From Verrucomicrobiota bacterium (lineage in GTDB: Bacteria > Verrucomicrobiota > Verrucomicrobiia > Chthoniobacterales > UBA10450), in contig JBKPGQ010000008.1 of the NCBI GenBank assembly GCA_046729455.1, positions 1-39,375 on the forward strand: 39,375 nucleotides of DNA, written 5' to 3'. Under the pieces are notes generated by a model. The model saw only the letters and a program-made list of their open reading frames with translations, was not told where the DNA came from and searched no databases. Numbering within the stretch: the stretch's first letter is position 1; the number at the start of each line of letters is the position of its first letter. Both the position numbers and the translations under genes were made by a program. Shown one piece after another: positions 33,039 through 39,375 of this stretch.

Positions 33039-36000
33039 ATGATTAAACGCATGGCGCAAGGGGAGACTCAAACGAACGTGGATCCGTTGTGGTACAAAGA
33101 TGCAATCATCTACGAGATGCACGTCAAAACGTTTTGCGACAGCGACGGCGACGGGATGGGCGATTTCCGCGGTCTGATAGAGAAACTGGATTATCTTCAG
33201 GAACTCGGCATCACTGCCATTTGGCTTCTGCCGTTTTATCCGTCGCCGCTGCGGGACGACGGATACGACATCGCCGATTACTTCGACGTCAATCCAAATT
33301 TCGGCACTCTTGACGATTTCCGCGCATTCCTTGATGCGGCGCATGCGCGAAATCTGCGCGTCATCACGGAGCTAGTCATCAATCACACTTCCGATCAAAA
33401 CCCATGGTTTCAAAAGTCCCGGCGCGCCGTAGCCGCAGCCGGCGCCGGCACCTCCAGCGACGATCTTGCCTACAAAGACTTCTATGTGTGGAGTGACACC
33501 CCGGAGAAATACAAGGATTCGCGAATCATTTTTAAAGACTTCGAAACATCGAACTGGGCATGGGACCCTGTAGCAAAAGCTTATTATTGGCATCGCTTTT
33601 ATTCGCATCAGCCGGACCTGAACTTTGATAACCCGGCAGTGCACGATGCCGTGGAGAAAGTCTGCGATTTCTGGCTGGGTCTGGGCGTTGACGGACTTCG
33701 TCTTGACGCTATCCCGTACCTTTACGAACGAGAAAACACGAGCTGCGAGAATCTGCCAGAGACGCATCAATACCTCCGCAAGCTTCGCGCCCACATCGAC
33801 GCGAAATTTCCAAATCGCATGCTGCTCTCCGAAGCGAACCAATGGCCGGAAGACGCGGCCGCTTACTTTGGCAACAGCGACGAATCGCACATGAATTTTC
33901 ACTTCCCGCTCATGCCGCGCATGTTCATGTCGTTGCAGATGGAGGATCGCTTCCCCATTATCGACATTCTCGAGCAAACTCCGCCGGTCCCCGAGAGCTG
34001 TCAGTGGGCGATGTTTCTACGCAATCATGACGAGCTGACCCTCGAAATGGTCACGGACGAGGAACGCGATTACATGTATCGCGTTTACGCTACCGATCCG
34101 CACGCTCGTATTAATCTTGGAATTCGTCGGCGCCTTGCTCCATTGCTGGCAAACAGCCGTCGCAAAATAGAGCTGCTCAACACGCTGCTATTCTCGATGC
34201 CCGGCACGCCGATTATCTATTACGGAGATGAGATCGGCATGGGCGACAATTTTTACCTTGGTGATCGCAATGGTTGCCGGACGCCGATGCAGTGGAGCCC
34301 TGACCGCAACGCCGGATTTTCACGAGCAAACCCACAGCAACTTTATCTTCCGATCACGATCGACCCTGAATATCACTACGAAGCCGTCAATGTGGAGAAC
34401 CAGCAGAAAAACCTCTCTTCGTTGCTCTGGTGGATGCGGAGGGTCATCGCCATGCGGAAAAATTTCAAGGCATTCTCACGCGGCTCGCTCGAATTTCTCT
34501 ATCCTGACAACCCGAAGGTTCTCGCCTTCCTTCGCCGGTACGAAGATGAGATCGTTCTGGTGATAGTGAACCTTTCCCGCTTCGCGCAATCAGCGGAATT
34601 AGACCTTTCCCGCTTCGCTGGCTACGTGCCGATGGAAGTTTTTAGCCGCAATCTCTTTCGCCCAATTAGAAAATCCCGCTACGTCATCACGCTTGGACCG
34701 CATGCATACTACTGGTTCGCCCTGCACTCGCCGACCGATGGGCGCCGAGCGCCAAGAAAGAAAACGGTGCCAGTGATCAGTGCGCCAATCGAACTGGAAA
34801 CATTGCTCACCAATGGTCAACGCGCCGCAATCGAACGCGAAATCTTACCTCGATACCTCCAAACCTGCCGCTGGTTCGGTTCGAAGGCGCGAACCTTTCG
34901 CAGTTTGAAGATCGTTGAGCAGCCTTCGATCTCGGACGACGCCGATAGTGCTCAACTTTGGCTCCTTGAAGTCAGCTATCTCGATGCACCCACTGAGACA
35001 TATGTCCTTCCGGTCGGCATTGCCTCCGGTGAAAATGCGCGCGCCGTTTCTCAAGCCGCACCGCACGCCATCATCGCGCGTTTCGCGGGTAACGGCGAAA
35101 ACGTACTGTTTGATGCAACCTGGGACGTGAAATGCCGCTCGCGGTTGTTCGATACGATCGCGAGGCGCGAGATCGTGAAGGCTCGTGCTGGCGAACTCGT
35201 CGGCATTACTGCCAAGGATTTCGAAGCTGATCAATCCACTAGCCCACAGAATTCGCAAGTCTTAGGCGCGGAACAGAGTAACTCCTCAATGCTCTTTGAT
35301 AACAAGTTCTTTCTGAAACTCTATCGCAAGATCGAGGATGGCGTTAATCCGGATGTTGAAATAACTCGGTTTCTCACAGAACACACCAAGTTTCCAAATG
35401 TGCCGGCGTTTATCGGCGCAATCGAATATCGCCGTGCTAAAGCAGAACCGACTGTGGTGTGTCTGCTACAGCGCGCCGTTACTAACGAAGGTGATGTCTG
35501 GTCGCTTACGCTGGACGCAGTCGGCCGTTATTACGAGCGGGTACTCGGTCGCAAAGCCGATCTTCAGAATGAAATCGCGCCCCCAGGAGCGCTGCTCGAT
35601 GAGCTTTTCGGTGGCGTTTATCCTGAGAAAATGAAGCTACTCGGGCAACGCACTGGCGAACTGCATCTCGCGCTCGCCTCGTATCCGGACGATCCGGCGT
35701 TCCGGCCCGAACCATTCAACGCGATGGCGCAGCGCTCTGTTTACCAAAATATGCGGGCGTCGCTGCGACGCGCGTTTACTCTTTTAGAAAAAAAATTAGC
35801 CGATCTTCCGGCAGCCTTCCGGGACGAAGCGAAGGAAGTGCTCGGTGCAGAACAAGAGATACTCTCGCGCGAAAAACGGCTACTCGATCGTCGCACCAAC
35901 GCCGCGAAAATTCGGATTCATGGCGACTATCATCTTGGTCAGTTGCTTTACACCGGAAAAGACTTTGTCATTTTGGACTTCGAAGGCGAACCGGCACGAC

Positions 36001-36362
36001 CACTCAGCGAGCGCAAACTAAAACGCTCCGCGCTACGCGATGTCGCCGGCATGATGCGCTCCTTCCAGTACGCCGCCTACAGCGCCCTTTGGCAGCCGGC
36101 CATGCGCAAAGAAGATGTGCCATTTTTGGAACGCTGGGCCGATCTCTGGTATCGTCACATGGGCAGCGTCTTTTTGCAGAGCTATTTGAAGACAACGGGC
36201 AGCGCTGTCTTCATCCCGCAAAACACTGAGGACCTCCAAATAATGATCGAAGCCTATCTGCTGGACAAGGCCGTTTACGAGGTCGGCTACGAGCTAAACA
36301 ATCGTCCCAGCTGGGTCGTGATCCCCGTCCGCGGCATCAAACACATTTTGAAATCTGTGTGA
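33039..36362 (+). CDS. treS: Trehalose synthase (maltose alpha-D-glucosyltransferase) fused to maltokinase
   Basis: The N-terminal GH13 domain (DPLWYKDAIIYEMHVKTF, GVDGLRLDAIPYL, FLRNHDELTLE) is TreS-like. The C-terminal ~450 aa is maltokinase/Pep2-like (IHGDYHLGQLLYTGKDFVILDFEGEP). The track start (TTG 33015) overlaps the candidate promoter, so I take ATG 33039. Confidence 0.9.
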   Translation: MIKRMAQGETQTNVDPLWYKDAIIYEMHVKTFCDSDGDGMGDFRGLIEKLDYLQELGITAIWLLPFYPSPLRDDGYDIADYFDVNPNFGTLDDFRAFLDAAHARNLRVITELVINHTSDQNPWFQKSRRAVAAAGAGTSSDDLAYKDFYVWSDTPEKYKDSRIIFKDFETSNWAWDPVAKAYYWHRFYSHQPDLNFDNPAVHDAVEKVCDFWLGLGVDGLRLDAIPYLYERENTSCENLPETHQYLRKLRAHIDAKFPNRMLLSEANQWPEDAAAYFGNSDESHMNFHFPLMPRMFMSLQMEDRFPIIDILEQTPPVPESCQWAMFLRNHDELTLEMVTDEERDYMYRVYATDPHARINLGIRRRLAPLLANSRRKIELLNTLLFSMPGTPIIYYGDEIGMGDNFYLGDRNGCRTPMQWSPDRNAGFSRANPQQLYLPITIDPEYHYEAVNVENQQKNLSSLLWWMRRVIAMRKNFKAFSRGSLEFLYPDNPKVLAFLRRYEDEIVLVIVNLSRFAQSAELDLSRFAGYVPMEVFSRNLFRPIRKSRYVITLGPHAYYWFALHSPTDGRRAPRKKTVPVISAPIELETLLTNGQRAAIEREILPRYLQTCRWFGSKARTFRSLKIVEQPSISDDADSAQLWLLEVSYLDAPTETYVLPVGIASGENARAVSQAAPHAIIARFAGNGENVLFDATWDVKCRSRLFDTIARREIVKARAGELVGITAKDFEADQSTSPQNSQVLGAEQSNSSMLFDNKFFLKLYRKIEDGVNPDVEITRFLTEHTKFPNVPAFIGAIEYRRAKAEPTVVCLLQRAVTNEGDVWSLTLDAVGRYYERVLGRKADLQNEIAPPGALLDELFGGVYPEKMKLLGQRTGELHLALASYPDDPAFRPEPFNAMAQRSVYQNMRASLRRAFTLLEKKLADLPAAFRDEAKEVLGAEQEILSREKRLLDRRTNAAKIRIHGDYHLGQLLYTGKDFVILDFEGEPARPLSERKLKRSALRDVAGMMRSFQYAAYSALWQPAMRKEDVPFLERWADLWYRHMGSVFLQSYLKTTGSAVFIPQNTEDLQIMIEAYLLDKAVYEVGYELNNRPSWVVIPVRGIKHILKSV

Positions 36363-36368
36363 GCTCAG

Positions 36369-37259
36369 ATGAAAATTTTGAGCGTCTTTCTAGTTATAAT
36401 TGTCTTCTTCTCCCGCGTTAATGGAGAGAGTCCGCAAGCTGAAACCTCGGTCATCCATGTCGCATCAAAGGATGGTACTTCCATTGCCGTCGAATGCACA
36501 GGCACGGGCCCGAATCTTCTCATTATTCACGGAGGGATTGGCGATCACACCCGCTGGAAACCTTTGTTCCCCCTCTTTGCCCCACATTTCACGGTTTGTG
36601 CGATGGACCGTCGTGGCCACGGAGAAAGTGGTGATTCTTCTGAATACACTTTACAAAATGGTGCTGAAGATGTGGAGGCAGTTGTTAACTCCCGGCCGGG
36701 CCCCGTTTTTGTACTGGGCCATTCCATCGGGGGAGTAAATGCTCTGGAAGCAGCGTTCCTCACGGACAAGATATCCAAGCTAGTGCTCTACGAACCGCCC
36801 TTGCAAGATCGCAGCCACAGTGCTGTTGCTACCAAGATGGAGAGTATGATTCGCGCAGGAGACCGCGAGCAGGCGCTGGTTACCTTCCTACAAGAGATTG
36901 TGATGATCTCACCGACTGAACCCGCGGCGATGAAAGCCCGGCCTTCTTGGCCGGCGCGGGTAGCTGGCATTGGAAAGCAGATTCGTGAGATTCGTGCGTT
37001 TGAGGAGTATCGTTTCGACCCGAAGCGGATGACCATCCTAAAAGCCCCGACACTGCTTCTTACCGGTAGTAAGACGGCGTCGCCGGACCTCAAGCGTGCA
37101 ATCGATGTATTGATGACCACCTTGCCGAATCGAAGCCTGTTTGTCTTCGAAGGCGAAGAGCATAATCGATGGATACAGTCCCGCAGCAGTTTGCCGAAGT
37201 GGTCACGAAGTTCTTGCTCGATACCAAGAGCAAAGCCGATTAGCAGTTGCGAAGCGTGA
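36369..37259 (+). CDS. Secreted alpha/beta-fold hydrolase with an apparent frameshift in its last ~30 codons
   Basis: Signal peptide (MKILSVFLVIIVFFSRVNG), oxyanion HGG, nucleophile elbow GHSIGG, and catalytic His in FEGEEH. After that His the in-frame tail is Ser/Arg/Cys-rich. The alternate frame 37169..37243 encodes a canonical C-terminus, MDTVPQQFAEVVTKFLLDTKSKAD*. Confidence 0.75.
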   Translation: MKILSVFLVIIVFFSRVNGESPQAETSVIHVASKDGTSIAVECTGTGPNLLIIHGGIGDHTRWKPLFPLFAPHFTVCAMDRRGHGESGDSSEYTLQNGAEDVEAVVNSRPGPVFVLGHSIGGVNALEAAFLTDKISKLVLYEPPLQDRSHSAVATKMESMIRAGDREQALVTFLQEIVMISPTEPAAMKARPSWPARVAGIGKQIREIRAFEEYRFDPKRMTILKAPTLLLTGSKTASPDLKRAIDVLMTTLPNRSLFVFEGEEHNRWIQSRSSLPKWSRSSCSIPRAKPISSCEA

Positions 37260-37297
37260 ATCCGCGTTTATAACCACTTGGATTCGAAAGGAAATTT

Positions 37298-37969
37298 ATG
37301 AAACAATATCTGGACGAAATCGACAATGACATCGCGCAAAAGCATCTTTTAACACATCCCTTTTACCTCGCTTGGACACGCGGTGAATTAAGCAAGGAGG
37401 CACTCGCCGATTATGCGCGGCAGTACTATCATCATGTCGCGGCGTTTCCCACGTACCTGTCGGCGGTGCATGCGAACTGCGATGACCAAGCGACCCGCAA
37501 ACAATTGCTCAACAATTTGATTGATGAAGAAGCGGGCTCTCCGAATCATCCCGAGCTTTGGAAAAAATTTGCGGGTGGTCTCGGCGTCGAAGATGCCGAG
37601 CTCACGCGCACCGAGAAACAACCCGAAACGAAAAAATTGATCGACACATTCCGATTCGTTTGCGGCCAGGGATCAACGGCGGAAGGTCTGGCCGCGCTCT
37701 ATGCCTATGAAAGTCAGATCCCAGCGATCTGTGAATCGAAGATTAATGGACTCAAGACGCATTACGGATTCACCGAACCCGAACACTACGAATATTTCAC
37801 TGTTCACGTTGAAGCGGATCGCGAACATTCCGCTGCTGAACGCGAAATGCTGAATCGCTACATCGACGACCACAATTTCGAATCAGTGAGAGTCTCGGTG
37901 AATCGCGTGCTCGAGGCGCTCCGGGAAATGCTTTCCGGCGTTTGCCGGCGTAACACGATAGCGTGCTGA
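37298..37969 (+). CDS. CADD-family (PqqC/TenA/heme-oxygenase-like fold) di-metal enzyme; candidate self-sacrificing 4-aminobenzoate synthase homolog
   Basis: It is collinear with what I recall of Chlamydia trachomatis CT610/CADD: HPFYLAWTRGELSKEAL, YLSAVHANCDD, LIDEEAGSPNHPELWKKF, ALYAYESQIP, HYGF, YFTVHVEADREH. The putative metal ligands (E...H, E, E..D..H) are visible. Confidence 0.7.
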   Translation: MKQYLDEIDNDIAQKHLLTHPFYLAWTRGELSKEALADYARQYYHHVAAFPTYLSAVHANCDDQATRKQLLNNLIDEEAGSPNHPELWKKFAGGLGVEDAELTRTEKQPETKKLIDTFRFVCGQGSTAEGLAALYAYESQIPAICESKINGLKTHYGFTEPEHYEYFTVHVEADREHSAAEREMLNRYIDDHNFESVRVSVNRVLEALREMLSGVCRRNTIAC

Positions 37970-37980
37970 CCGGCGTAGTC

Positions 37981-38036
37981 CTGGTAGGGACATCGCGGTG
38001 CGATGTCCGGACGGCGCGGCGCGCCGTCCCTACCAA
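37981..38036. repeat. Composite GC-rich palindromic element (REP-like, related to copies A and B); likely bidirectional terminator
   Basis: GGTAGGGAC (37983-37991) and GTCCCTACC (38026-38034) flank two internal hairpins, GGACATCGC-GGT-GCGATGTCC (37988-38008) and GGACGGCGCG-G-CGCGCCGTCC (38009-38029). It occupies most of the 67-nt spacer between two convergent stop codons. Confidence 0.7.
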
Positions 38037-39375
38037 CTACTGCGGATGCAGGACAAGAAACGATCGCATCCGATGGCGGCAAACGGACAGCACCTGCGGT
38101 TGGCTGGGATCGAGTGAACCGGCGATCTTGTTGTAATCCGCAACTGACGTAATCGGTTGTTGATTGATTTCCTCGATCACATCGCCCTTTTGCAATTCCG
38201 CCACGCCACTGTCAGGATCGACGCCGGTAACCAATACGCCCTGCACATTGTTAGGCAGATCGAGCTGGCGCGCCATCTCTGGAGTCAGCTCTCCCACGTG
38301 GATTGATGCAAGAGGACTGCCGCTTGTTTCTTGATCATTTGGTTGTCGCGGCTGTTGCGGCTGCGGCTGGACGCGTCGAGGGGAAACCCCTGCGCTTTGA
38401 GAATCAATCGGCTGCTCTTTAATCTGTGTCGTCACCTTGACCGGTTTTCCGCCGCGCATCATTTCGAGCTCCACTTGTTTATTCAACGGAGTCTGGGCCA
38501 CGAAGGTCCGCAGCGCGTTGAAATTCTTGACATCACGGCCGTCGAATTTGCGGATCATATCACCTGGCTGAACGCCTGCCTGGGCCGCGGGCGATCCAGG
38601 CATTACGTCGGCAACCGTCACCCCATCCGTCGTATCCGAGCTGGTCTCGTCGGGCTGTAACGCCCGGGCTTGGATCCCAAGGTAACCGCGAATGATCCGG
38701 CCCTGCTTCAACAAGCTTTCAAGTGCAGTGCGGACAGTATTCGATGGAATCGCGAAACCGACTCCCTGAGAGCCGCCGGTAGTCGAGGCAATCGCTGTGT
38801 TGATCCCGATCACTTCGCCACGTAGGTTGATCAGCGGTCCGCCGCTATTGCCCGGATTGATCGCAGCGTTCGTCTGAATCAAATCGCCGAAGGAATCCCC
38901 CCGGTTTGGTCGCCCTTTTGAGCTGATGATTCCGTCCGTGACGGTTTCCTCGAATCCAAACGGATTGCCGATAGCCAGAACAAAATCTCCCGGCTGCACC
39001 GTGTCCGAGTCCGCGAGTTTGAGCGGTCTGACGTTCGGATCGTCAATCTTGAGCACAGCCAGATCGACTTCGGAATCCGCGCCAACTAATCGCGCTTTCT
39101 TCGTCTGCCCATCGCTCAATTGCACCTCAATTTGATCAACCTGATTGCCTTCTCTGTCGCTGACCACGTGGCTGTTTGTGATGATGTGGCCTTCGTTTGT
39201 TACGATCACGCCCGAGCCAAGCGAGTTTTGCACGAGGGTCTCGTCGCGCGGACTACGAAATTGACGCCGGTTACGGAAGAAAAACTCGAAGGGATCAAGT
39301 TCGTATTCACGGCGGATACCGACCTTCTTGGATGTTTTCACGGCGACAACTGATGGGATCACGCTTTTGACGAGC
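38037..39375 (-). CDS. HtrA/DegP-family periplasmic serine protease with two PDZ domains, 5' end outside the window
   Basis: Catalytic triad contexts TNSHVV, DLAVLKID and GNSGGPL. Two PDZ-like segments (GVTVADVMPGSPAAQAGVQPGDMI and GVLVTGVDPDSGVAELQKGDVI). The frame stays open past the GTG at 39362 to the window edge (...SSKSVIPSVVAV). Confidence 0.9.
   Translation of the reverse strand, partial: LVKSVIPSVVAVKTSKKVGIRREYELDPFEFFFRNRRQFRSPRDETLVQNSLGSGVIVTNEGHIITNSHVVSDREGNQVDQIEVQLSDGQTKKARLVGADSEVDLAVLKIDDPNVRPLKLADSDTVQPGDFVLAIGNPFGFEETVTDGIISSKGRPNRGDSFGDLIQTNAAINPGNSGGPLINLRGEVIGINTAIASTTGGSQGVGFAIPSNTVRTALESLLKQGRIIRGYLGIQARALQPDETSSDTTDGVTVADVMPGSPAAQAGVQPGDMIRKFDGRDVKNFNALRTFVAQTPLNKQVELEMMRGGKPVKVTTQIKEQPIDSQSAGVSPRRVQPQPQQPRQPNDQETSGSPLASIHVGELTPEMARQLDLPNNVQGVLVTGVDPDSGVAELQKGDVIEEINQQPITSVADYNKIAGSLDPSQPQVLSVCRHRMRSFLVLHPQ

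Noticed and set aside
1-39375. Window-wide look for CRISPR arrays, rRNA genes, transposases, integrases, phage or toxin-antitoxin modules
   Set aside because: No regularly spaced direct repeats, no rRNA-like sequence, and no ORF with recombinase, transposase, phage or TA signatures was seen. The only dispersed repeats are the short palindromic elements reported above.

Overview
This is a gene-dense, moderately GC-rich bacterial chromosomal segment made up mostly of housekeeping genes. The protein sequences, a CADD-family gene and the GC-rich palindromic intergenic repeats suggest a PVC-superphylum (Verrucomicrobiota-like) soil organism, but that is inference only. Recognisable genes in order: a PQQ-type sugar dehydrogenase (5' end outside the window), a large secreted repeat protein, nadE, tRNA-Lys(CTT), a membrane desaturase, rpmH (57 aa, below the ORF-track cutoff, found by hand), a GNAT, and M1 aminopeptidase N behind an ECF sigma/anti-sigma module. 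These are followed by rlmN, an Mpv17/PMP22-like membrane protein, a HAD phosphatase and a second desaturase paralog. Next come prs-rplY-pth-rpsF-ssb-dprA and a topoisomerase III-like enzyme, an EamA transporter, nrdR, a HIT protein, an orphan rpmI, NDH-2, ybeY and clpS. The window ends with a second ECF sigma and a minimal anti-sigma, a treS-maltokinase fusion, a secreted alpha/beta hydrolase with an apparent C-terminal frameshift, a CADD-like di-metal enzyme, and an HtrA protease that runs off the right edge. I saw no rRNA, CRISPR array, transposase, integrase or phage genes. I cannot point to a convincing self-contained novel multi-gene system such as a defence island. The most unusual items are the 924-aa secreted protein with seven Trp-anchored repeats and an unassignable C-terminal half, two families of structured palindromic intergenic repeats, the rpmH-desaturase arrangement with a second desaturase paralog, the CADD-like gene, the topo III-like enzyme in the dprA-topA slot, and an ECF-type promoter in front of treS-mak. 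All family assignments rest on motif recognition by eye and need HMM or structure searches to confirm.
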